A stretch of 64,000 bases of DNA from an uncultured Spirochaetota bacterium. Its GTDB lineage: Bacteria > Spirochaetota > Spirochaetia > SZUA-6 > DRHE01. The stretch spans positions 4,503 to 68,502 of the forward strand of contig CAVUYS010000006.1 of assembly GCA_963745745.1 (NCBI GenBank), read 5' to 3'. The position numbers and the translations under genes are program-made. The notes below the pieces were generated by a model. It saw nothing but the letters and a program-made list of their open reading frames with translations, ran no database searches and had not been told where the DNA came from. Positions 31,391-39,600 of the stretch are shown piece after piece. The stretch's first letter is position 1. Each line of letters begins with the position of its first letter.

Positions 31391-31678
31391 TCACTTGCGG
31401 AACACCACTTCGCCGTCCTGGTCCACCAGGTCCACAATGCCGCAGACCACCGCGTCCACCGACCGGCGGTCGGTCAGCTCGGTGTTGCGCGCGGAAGGTC
31501 CCTGGGCCACCATCACCAGCTCCCCCTCCCCCGCGCCCACCGTGTCCACCGCGACCAGGTATTCCCCCCGGCCCTCCAGGCGCGGGGTGCAGGCCTCCAC
31601 GAGCAGGAACCTGGCCCCGGGGACCGTGTCGGCCCGGCGGGTCAGGACCACGGTGCCGGCGACCCTGGCGAAGGTCAC
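31391..31678 (-). CDS. BMC-P pentamer vertex protein, paralog P2b
   Basis: GTG start (GTGA overlap). [14 protein letters not shown]...FLLVE...GAGEGELVMVAQGPSAR...VCGIVDLVD. Counterpart of P2a. Confidence 0.85.
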   Translation of the reverse strand: MTFARVAGTVVLTRRADTVPGARFLLVEACTPRLEGRGEYLVAVDTVGAGEGELVMVAQGPSARNTELTDRRSVDAVVCGIVDLVDQDGEVVFRK

Positions 31679-31974
31679 GCCTGGTCCTTGCGGTAGACCG
31701 CCCGCCCGCCGACGTCCACGTCGTCCACGATCCCGATGACCGCGGCATCCGTGGGCCTGCCGTCGGTGGCCTCCGTCAGGCGGGCGGCGCTGCCGGACAC
31801 GCACAGCACCACCTCGTCCACCCCGGCGTCCACCGCGTCCATGGCCACCAGGTAGTCCTTCTTGCCGGCCATGCTCGTGGGGTCCAGCTTCTCCACCACC
31901 AGAAAGCGCACTCCCTCGGTGCGCGGCTCCTTGTGAGTGGAAACGACAGTGCCGATGACCCGGGCTAGAAACAT
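31675..31974 (-). CDS. BMC-P pentamer vertex protein, paralog P1b
   Basis: MFLARVIGTVVSTHKEP...FLVVEKLD...VLCVSGSAAR...VIGIVDDVD. 67 of 99 residues identical to P1a by manual count. Confidence 0.9.
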   Translation of the reverse strand: MFLARVIGTVVSTHKEPRTEGVRFLVVEKLDPTSMAGKKDYLVAMDAVDAGVDEVVLCVSGSAARLTEATDGRPTDAAVIGIVDDVDVGGRAVYRKDQA

Positions 31975-31990
31975 GGGGTCCGGGGCGCGC

Positions 31991-32308
31991 CTATTTCTTC
32001 TTGGCCGCGGCCGCGGCCTGCTGGCGTCCCAGGGGCAGGGCCTCGTCCACGTTGCCGTGCGGCCGCGGGATGATGTGCACCGACACCACCTCCCCCACCC
32101 GCTCGGCGGCCCGCTGCCCGGCGTCCAGCGCCGCCCGCACCGCCGCCACGTCCCCGCGCACGATCGCCGTCACGTAGCCCCCACCGGTCTTCTCGAAGCC
32201 GGTCAGCTCCACCTTCGCCGCCTTCACCATCGCGTCCGAGGCTTCCACCATCGCCGCAAACCCGCGGCACTCGATCATCCCCAAGGCGTCCGAATACACG
32301 CTCTCCAT
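31991..32308 (-). CDS. BMC-H hexamer shell protein (PduA/EutM-like)
   Basis: Intact 105-aa [87 protein letters not shown]... Confidence 0.9.
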   Translation of the reverse strand: MESVYSDALGMIECRGFAAMVEASDAMVKAAKVELTGFEKTGGGYVTAIVRGDVAAVRAALDAGQRAAERVGEVVSVHIIPRPHGNVDEALPLGRQQAAAAAKKK

Positions 32309-32329
32309 GCCCTTCCTCCTGCCTTCCTC

Positions 32330-32974
32330 TTATTCTTTCTGTCCGCCGGCCTCGCGCCCCGATAGGCCCGCCAGCCGGCTCTCCACGATTTCCTTGCTCA
32401 CCAGCACTTCCGCCTCGTCCCCCGCGATGTACACCCGCCCGAAGCTGCCGAAGCCCGACACGTTGATGATGTTGATGTGCGAGGCCTTCTCCGCCTCGTT
32501 GGCCGCGTAAAAGGCATATCCTGCCGGCTGCATCTCCAGCACGTACAGCGTGTCCCCCCGCAACACCATGTTCCCGTAGCGCACCTTGTTGATCAGCTGG
32601 GCGTGGTGGTCGGAGATGTTCTTGATCAGCTGGCTGGTCAGCACCTTGGGCTTCATGCGGTCCTCTTCCCTGGCCCCCAGCTCCTTCAGAATCGCCGCCC
32701 CCGCCTGCCGCGCGTCGGCCTGATTGTCGGAGTGCACCTCCAGCAGCCCGAACAGCCGCTCCACCACCTGGATGCCCGGGGTCACGTTGGTGGCCTTCAG
32801 GGCGATGTCCGTGAAGCGGTTGATCTCGATGCCCGGGGAGATCTCCACCACCATGCAGGCCTGCTGGGCCACCGGGTAGTAGCCCTTGGAGGTGGTGGCC
32901 AGAAAGGAGGCCATCTGGAACTGCAGGCTGTCCAGGAAGATGTAGGTCCTCAGGTCGATCCGGTTCTCCGCCAT
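32330..32974 (-). CDS. permuted two-domain BMC-T shell protein (PduB/EutL-like topology)
   Basis: AGGAGG RBS and an intact 214-aa ORF. Two roughly 100-aa halves each end in a …A(L/E)KxxxVxxxxxxxxGxxGxxxxxGxxxxV… core. Family call is by pattern and locus context, not by search. Confidence 0.75.
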   Translation of the reverse strand: MAENRIDLRTYIFLDSLQFQMASFLATTSKGYYPVAQQACMVVEISPGIEINRFTDIALKATNVTPGIQVVERLFGLLEVHSDNQADARQAGAAILKELGAREEDRMKPKVLTSQLIKNISDHHAQLINKVRYGNMVLRGDTLYVLEMQPAGYAFYAANEAEKASHINIINVSGFGSFGRVYIAGDEAEVLVSKEIVESRLAGLSGREAGGQKE

Positions 32975-32983
32975 GGCTTCCTC

Positions 32984-33763
32984 CTAGTGCATCTCCCGCC
33001 CGCCGGTGATGTTGAACGCCTGGCCGGTGCAGTAGTCCCCGCTCACGGTCAGGAAGTGGACGAAGTCCACGACGTCCTCGATGCGGGTCAGCCGCCCCAG
33101 GGGGATCTTGGCGGTGAACTTCTTCACCACCTCCTTCTCGGGCAGCTTCAGGTTCTCGGTGTAGGCCTTGCTCACCTCGCCCCACACCCCGGTGGCCTCG
33201 GTGATGCCGGGGCAGACGCAGTTGACCTTGACGTTGGCCTCGGCCAGCTCGAAGGCCAGCGCGTGGGTCAGGCTGATGATCGCGCCCTTGGCCGCCGAAT
33301 AGTGGGCCATCAGCGCGGAGCCGGTCTTCCCGGATTTTGACGAGAAGTTGATGATCCGTCCATCCTTCAGGGCGCGCATGCCGGGCGCCACGGCCTGCGC
33401 GCAGTACAGGGCGCCGTGCACATTGACCCGCATGATGCGGTCCATCAGCTCCGGGGTGATCTGCTCGAAGGGTCGCTGGTCCACCAGCCCGGCGTTGTTC
33501 ACCAGGCAGAATACCGGACCCAGGACCCGGGCGATTTCCGCGAAGCAGGCCAGCACCGCCTCCCGGTCCGTGATGTCCACCACGTAGCCGACCGCGGTGC
33601 GGCCCTGCGCGGCCAGGCGCTCCGCCTCCTGTTTCACTGCCGGATTGATGTCCAGCAGCGCCACCTTCGCGCCGTCCGCGGCGTAGCGCTCGGCGATCGC
33701 CAGGCCGATGCTGCGGGCCGCCCCGGTAATCACGCAGACCCTGTTAGCCAATGTTAGAGCCAT
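32984..33763 (-). CDS. short-chain dehydrogenase/reductase (SDR), first gene of BMC locus B
   Basis: MALTLANRVCVITGAARSIGLAIA, NNAG, YSAAKGAI. 259 aa. The stop lies 9 nt before the BMC-T start. Confidence 0.85.
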   Translation of the reverse strand: MALTLANRVCVITGAARSIGLAIAERYAADGAKVALLDINPAVKQEAERLAAQGRTAVGYVVDITDREAVLACFAEIARVLGPVFCLVNNAGLVDQRPFEQITPELMDRIMRVNVHGALYCAQAVAPGMRALKDGRIINFSSKSGKTGSALMAHYSAAKGAIISLTHALAFELAEANVKVNCVCPGITEATGVWGEVSKAYTENLKLPEKEVVKKFTAKIPLGRLTRIEDVVDFVHFLTVSGDYCTGQAFNITGGREMH

Positions 33764-33779
33764 GACCGGAAGCCTAAAG

Positions 33780-33811
33780 AAACCGCTGGTTTTTGTCAAC
33801 CGAAAACGGTT
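33780..33811. promoter_or_regulatory. two adjacent AACC/GGTT palindromes (AAACC-GCT-GGTTT and AACCG-AAAA-CGGTT) flanking a TTGTCA box: candidate DeoR operator
   Basis: Read directly at 33780-33792 and 33798-33811, in the 91-bp divergent region between SDR (33763, minus) and DeoR (33855, plus). Confidence 0.35.
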
Positions 33812-33854
33812 TTTTCTGGACATTTTTGGCTTTTTTCGGTACTCTGCCTCGTAC

Positions 33855-34625
33855 ATGCTTCCGTACGAACGGCAGGAGCGGATCCTGGCATCGCTGCAGG
33901 ACCGGCGTTTCCTGAAAATCGAGGACCTCTTGCGGCTGACCGGCAGCTCGCTCACGACCCTGCGCAGGGACATCGAGCAGCTGGCCGACGGCGGCAGGGT
34001 GCGCAAGTCCCGGGGCGGGATTCTGCTGACCGATTCCGTCGCGCCGGAAGCCGTGGATCCGCTGTACCGCACCCGCGAGCGGCAGAATACTGATGAAAAA
34101 GAGCGCATCGGCGCGGCCGCGCAAGCGCACATCGCCGAAGGGGACATCCTGTTCCTGCTCAACGGGACCACCACCCGCGCGGTGGCCGAGCAGCTGGACC
34201 CGGCCAAGCGGGTGACCATCATCACCAACGGCATCGACATCGCCGCGGCCCTGCGCGGCAAGCCCAACGCCGAGGTGATCCTGCTGGGCGGGGTCGTGGA
34301 CTACGCCCACAACACGCTGTGCGGCCCGCTGGCGCTGAAGAGCCTGGAGCACCTGCACGCCGCGCGGCTCATCTCCGGAGCGGGGGGCATCACCGAAGAG
34401 AAGGGCGTCACGATCTACCCGTATCTGGTTTCCGCCTACTACCAGAACATCGTGCGCATGGTGAGCGAGGTGATCCTCGTGGCCGACCGCTCCAAACTGG
34501 GGCGCAACGCCCTCGTGCAGGCCACCGCCCTGGAGGAGGTGGACCTGATCATCACCGACAAGGTCGTGCCGCCCGAGCACCTGCGGATGTTCGAGCGGCA
34601 CGGCGTGCGCTGCGAGCAGGTCTAG
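33855..34625 (+). CDS. DeoR family transcriptional regulator, divergent from BMC locus B
   Basis: MLPYERQERILASLQDRRFLKIEDLLRLTGSSLTTLRRDIEQL (HTH) and a DeoR C-terminal domain (LFLLNGTTT, LVADRSKLG). Confidence 0.85.
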   Translation: MLPYERQERILASLQDRRFLKIEDLLRLTGSSLTTLRRDIEQLADGGRVRKSRGGILLTDSVAPEAVDPLYRTRERQNTDEKERIGAAAQAHIAEGDILFLLNGTTTRAVAEQLDPAKRVTIITNGIDIAAALRGKPNAEVILLGGVVDYAHNTLCGPLALKSLEHLHAARLISGAGGITEEKGVTIYPYLVSAYYQNIVRMVSEVILVADRSKLGRNALVQATALEEVDLIITDKVVPPEHLRMFERHGVRCEQV

Positions 34626-34643
34626 CCGCGGCCGGGAGGGAAC

Positions 34644-35697
34644 GTGAAAGCAGCCGTGTATTTCGGAAAGAACGACGTGCGCCTCGAGGAGGTGCCGGAA
34701 CCGGCCTGCGGCCCGGGGGAGCTGCGCGTGCGCATCGAGGCCTGCGCCGTGTGCGGCTCGGATCTGAAGACCTTCCAGAGCGGCAACCCGCGCATGAAGC
34801 CGCCCATGACCATGGGGCACGAGTTCTCGGGCCGCCTGGATGCGGTGGGCCGGGGCGTGCGCGGCTTCGCCGTCGGCGAACGCGTGGTGATGGCCACCTC
34901 GGTGTCCTGCGGGGAGTGCTTCTACTGCCGGAAGGGCTGGAGCAACCTGTGCGCGAACCTCAAGCCCATGGGCTTCTTCTTCCCCGGGGGCATGGCCGAG
35001 TACCTGGTCATCCCGGAGCTGGCGGTGCGAAACGGCCACGTGGTCAAGGTGCCCACCCCAACGGGTGAAGGCGCGCTGGCCCCCGAGCACGCCGCCCTGG
35101 CCGAGCCGGTGAGCTGCGCGGTGAACTGCGCCGAGTTGTGCGGCATCGGCGAGGGGGATACGGTCGTGGTGGTGGGAGCCGGCCCCATGGGGCTCATGAA
35201 CCTGTTCGTGGCCCGGGAGTTCGGCGCCCGCAAGCTGATCCTGGCCCAGCGCCCGGGCAAGCGCCTGGAGCAGGCGCGGGCCTTCGACTGCGGCCGCCTG
35301 GTGGACACCGGCGACGGAGGACCTGCGCAAGGTGGTGCTGGAGGAGACCGGCGGCCTGGGCGCCGACTGCGTCATCGTGGCCGCCCCCTCGGCGGCCGCC
35401 CAGGCGGAGGCCCCGGGGCTGGTGCGCAAGCGGGGCACGGTCTGCCTGTTCGCCTCCCTGCCGGTGGGCTCCAACCTCCTGTCCGTGGACAGCCGCACCA
35501 TCCACTACGGCGAAATCCGGGTGGTGGGCGCCAGCGATTCCACCGCCCGGCAGGTGGAGAAGGCGCTGGCCATCCTGGCCAAGCCCGGCTTCCCGAAGGA
35601 GAAGCTGGTCAGCCACCAGCTGGGCCTGCGGGATTTCGCCCGCGCCTTCCAGATGATGCTGGACCGCGACGGCCTGCGGATCGTGCTGCGGCCCTGA
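34644..35697 (+). pseudogene. Zn-dependent alcohol/polyol dehydrogenase (MDR family), one frameshift as assembled
   Basis: GGGAGGG RBS and GTG start. MKAAVYFG…CAVCGSDLK…GHEFSG…CGECFYCRKG…GAGPMGL in one frame. …LRKVVLEETGGLGADCVIVAAPS… is in another. Shift near 35315. Confidence 0.8.
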
Positions 35698-35706
35698 AGG
35701 CGGGCG

Positions 35707-36190
35707 CTACCCCCGGATCACCGCGCGGAGGTAGAAGAAGGCGATCGCCCCGCTTACCGCCAGCTTGACCGCCAGGGCCAGCATGGTGCCGGCGAACACC
35801 CCCCAGCCGGCCCGCAGAGCCTGGGCCGACACTTGCCCCGGCCAGCAGCTCCCCCAGCACGGCGCCGACGAAAGTGCCCAGGATCGCGCCGAACGGCGGG
35901 AGCAGGATCATGCCGACGATCATGCCGATGATGGAGCCCCAGATCCCGCCCTTGCCCGCGCCCCATTTCCTGGCCGTGAGCACCGGCAGCACGTTGTCCA
36001 GCACGGTCATTGCCGCGGCCAGCGCGCCCAGCACGATCAGGACCGGCAGGCTGAAGGTGTCCCAGCCTCGCGCCAGGCAGAGCACCAGCAGAGCCAGGTA
36101 GCTGATCAGGGGGCCCGGCAGGATCGGCAGCACGCAGCTCACCATCCCGGCGGCCAGAAGCAGGAAGCCCAGGATCACCAGCGCGGTCAT
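35707..36190 (-). pseudogene. DUF456-like small integral membrane protein, one frameshift as assembled
   Basis: MTALVILGFLLLAAGMVSCVLPILPGPLISYLALL…ARKWGAGKGGIWGSIIGMIVGM…; the C-terminus ALRAGWGVFAGTMLALAVKLAVSGAIAFFYLRAVIRG is in another frame, ending at TAG 35707-35709. Shift near 35825. Confidence 0.65.
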
Positions 36191-36202
36191 GAGGCGCGAG
36201 AC

Positions 36203-36622
36203 TCAGCGCGCCTCGTTGGGGTCAAGCGTGATCAGGCCTACGGACAGGTCCTGCTGGTCCATGGGGGAGAGGCTGCCGGAGTAGCGGCCGGCTTCCAGCT
36301 CGATGCGTTCACCACCGGTGACGCGCAGCCAGGACTGTCACCCACAGCCCCGGCCGGTGAAGGAGAAATGCACCGTCCGGGCCGGACCCCCCGCCTCGGG
36401 CTGGAGGGCAAAGTCGAGCCGGATTTCCCGCTCCGACTCGCCGCGCACCAGCAGGCGGACCTGGTAGCTCCCGGGCTCGCCGATGTCGACGGCGAAGCGG
36501 ACTACAGCGGGGTTGGCCGGGTCAACCGCGAGCTGTTCCTTCTCGACCCACACGGTCTGGGCGCCGGCAGCCAGCGCCGCGAAGCACAGGGTCGCAAACG
36601 TCAGCGTCAGGATTCGTCGCAT
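36203..36622 (-). pseudogene. secreted hypothetical protein with an in-frame TGA (36338-36340)
   Basis: Signal peptide MRRILTLTFATLCFAALAAGA. The ORF stops at TGA after …FTGRGCG, but the same frame continues with strong GC3 bias for 44 more codons (QSWLRVTGGERIELEAGRYSGSLSPMDQQDLSVGLITLDPNEAR) to TGA 36203-36205, 12 nt before the next gene. Confidence 0.55.
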
Positions 36623-36634
36623 GACTTGCCCCCC

Positions 36635-39600
36635 TTACCCCACCAGCAGATTCTGCAGCAGGGCCTTGTCCAGCTCGCCGGCCTGCAGCGGCTCCCGCCC
36701 GGAAGGCTTGCCCAGCCCGGATAGGAAAGCAGCCCGCGGCAGGGGGATGAACAGCCCGGCCTGGCCGGCCTCTGCCCCGGCAGTCAGACCCCAGCGCACG
36801 GCCGCCTTGCCGTCGGCGGACAGGCCGGCATCCAACAGCAGGTCGTGCGGCGCCTCGAGGCCCGCGCCCTGGCGGTCCAGCGCCTCTAATAGATAAGCCG
36901 CGTTGCGGGAGTTCCAGTAGAGGGTGATGCGAACCTCGGGGCCGGCCGCCCGCAGGGCCGCCAGCACCTTCCGCTCGGCACCCTTGCCCGCCTCCGCCAG
37001 AAGCTGCTCGGGATTCACCAGCACCGTCACGGGGCCGCCCGCGCCTTTCAGCCCCTCGGCCAGCAAGGCCGGATCCGGCAGGATCCGCTCGAAGAAGCGC
37101 TCGTAGACCTCTTCGGTCTCCCCGTAATACCACAACCGGGCCTGTCCGCGCCGCTGCAGAGCCAGGCAGTCGGTGAAGGCCACGTTGTTGGCCCGGTCCA
37201 GGCCGCCCGCGATCAGGATGCGCGGCACGCCGTTGGCCCCGGGTGCGGCGACGGCCACCGCTGCCGGTCTGCGCAGCAGGTCCACCCAGCCCGGCTCCAG
37301 GCCGGCCAGGCCTTCGGCCTGCACGGGGATGCCTCGGGTGGAGGCGAAGGCCAGGAAGCGGTCCAGGACCTCGGCGGCCAGCACGGGGGACAGGCGCAGC
37401 AGGGGCTGGCGGGCCTTGCCCAGCAGCGCTTCCAGGCGCGCCCGCGCCTCGGCGGCCTGCAGTGGCTTGCCGCCGGCGCTCGGCGCCGACCCACCGCCCC
37501 GGCCCGCGGCCTGCAGCAGCTTGACCAGGCCGAAGCGGCCCTTCTCGCACAGCAGTCCGCCTCCTGCGGCCCCGGAGGCCGCGGCGCCGTTTGCGCCGGC
37601 GCCGGCTCCCTTCAGGGTGCGCTCTTTCACGCGCACCAGCAGGCCGCCGTGGGAGCGCAGCTCCACAGGACAGCCCACGGAGCACAGCGAGCAGAAGCCC
37701 TCCTGGATCGCTTCGATCAGAGGCACGGTCTTGCCGTCGGGGATCTTCTCCGTGAGCGCCCCCACGGGGCAGGCGGAGACGCACTGCCCGCAGTTGATGC
37801 ACAACGGGTCCTCGCCGAAGCTCACCCCGAAGGTAGGCACGACCAGGGACTGGAAGCCGCGGCGCACGTAGCCCAGCACGCCCAGACCCTGCACCTCCAG
37901 GCAGATGCGGATGCAGCGCCCGCAGAGCACGCACTTGGCCGGGTCGCGCCGGATGAAGGGGTGGCTCTCGTCGATGGGGTGCTTCTGGATCTCCCCCTCG
38001 TAGTGCCGGGCGCTGGCCCCGTACTCCTGGGCGTACTCTTTCAGGCGGCACTCGTGCACGTCCTGGCAGCCGCACTCCAGGCAGCGGCGGGCCTCGGCCC
38101 GGGCCTGCTCCGCGCTGAGGCCCTGCTCGATCTCCTCGAAGCTCTTCACGCGCGCGGAGGCCTCGGTCATGGGCATGGCCTGGCGGGCCACGCGCGGCTC
38201 CTGCTGGAACTCCGCCTCGGTGGGCTTGCCGAAATCCTCCTTCTTGCTGAGGAACTCCACCGGACGGCGGTAGTCCCCGCCGGCCAGCCAGGCCAGGATG
38301 GCCCGGGCCGCGTGCTTGCCGCCGGCGATGGCCCGGATGGCGATGTCCGCCCCGGTGGGCAGGTCCCCCGCGGCGAACACCCCGGGCACGCCCGTGCGCC
38401 CGGTCTCCTCGTCGCATTTCAGCAGGCCGCGCTCGTCCAGCAGCCCGGCGGTCTTGGCCAGGGCAGAGGTGTCCGGGTACTGCCCGATGGCGCTGATCAC
38501 CGTGTCCACCTCGACCTCGAAGTCGCTGCCCTCCAGGGGCACGGGGCGGCGGCGCCCCGAGGAGTCCGGCTCGCCCAGCTGCATCTTGATCAGGCGCAGC
38601 GCCTTCAGGCCCTTGCCCTTCTCCTGGATCATCATCGGGGCCACCAGGTAGTAGAAGTGCACGCCCTCCTCCAGGGCTTCGTGCACCTCCGCCTGCGAGG
38701 CGGGCATTTCCACGTCGGTGCGCCGGTAGAACAGGTTCACCTCCCGCACGCCCAGGCGCGCGGCGGTGCGCGCCGAGTCGATGGCCGTGTTCCCGCCGCC
38801 GATGACCGCCACCCGGTCGCCGAGCTGCGGCCGGCGGCCCAGGGCCACCTCGCGCAGGAAGTCGATGCCGATGAGCACGCCCGGACGGTCCTCGCCCTGG
38901 ATGCGCAGGCCCGATCCCTTCCAGGCCCCGAAGGCCAGGAGCACGGCGTCGTAGGACTTGCGCAGCTCCTCCAGCTGCACGTCCCGCCCCAGGCGCACGC
39001 CGGTTTTCAGCTCCACGCCCAGCCGCAGGATGCTCTGCACCTCTTTGTCCAGCACCGGCTGCGGCAGGCGATAGTCGGGGATGCCGTAGCGCAGCATGCC
39101 CCCGGCCTTCTCCTCGGACTCCAGCACGGTCACCGCCACGCCGGCTTGGGCCAGGTAGTAGGCGGCGGAGAGGCCCGCCGGGCCCGCGCCGATCACCACC
39201 ACGCGCCGGCCGGTCTTGGCGGCCACGGGCGGGTCGTATGGGGCCGCGGAGCCCATGTCCAGGTCGGCCGCGTAGCGCTTGCACCAGTCGATCCCGACCG
39301 GCTCGTCCACCAGGTTGCGGCGGCAGGCCTCCTCGCAGGGCCGCGGGCAGACCCGGCCGATGGACAGCGGGAAGGGGCAGTCCCGCTTGATCAGGGCCAG
39401 GGCCTCCCGGTCGTTGCCGTTGGCGATCAGGCCCAGGTAGCCCTGCACGTCCAGGTTGGAGGGGCAGGTCAGGGTGCACGGCGCCTTGCAGTCCCCGTAG
39501 TGGTTGGACAGCATCAGCTCCAGGGCCATGCGCCGGGTGGCCCGCAGGTCCGCGTCGTCGGTGACGACCCGCATACCCTGGCGCACCCTGGTGGAGCAGG

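Larger units (their letters stand above)
31991..32974 (-). repeat. segmental duplicate, copy B (BMC-H + permuted BMC-T genes)
   Basis: Partner of 26376-27347. Similarity starts at the BMC-H stop codon and ends at the BMC-T start codon. Confidence 0.85.

Noticed and set aside
36338-36340. Selenocysteine decoding of the in-frame TGA
   Set aside because: There is no convincing SECIS-like hairpin immediately downstream (only a 4-bp stem around CACCGGTG). There are no sel genes in the window, and C-G-U is not a typical redox motif. A nonsense or miscalled Trp codon is more parsimonious. Kept as a low-interest finding.
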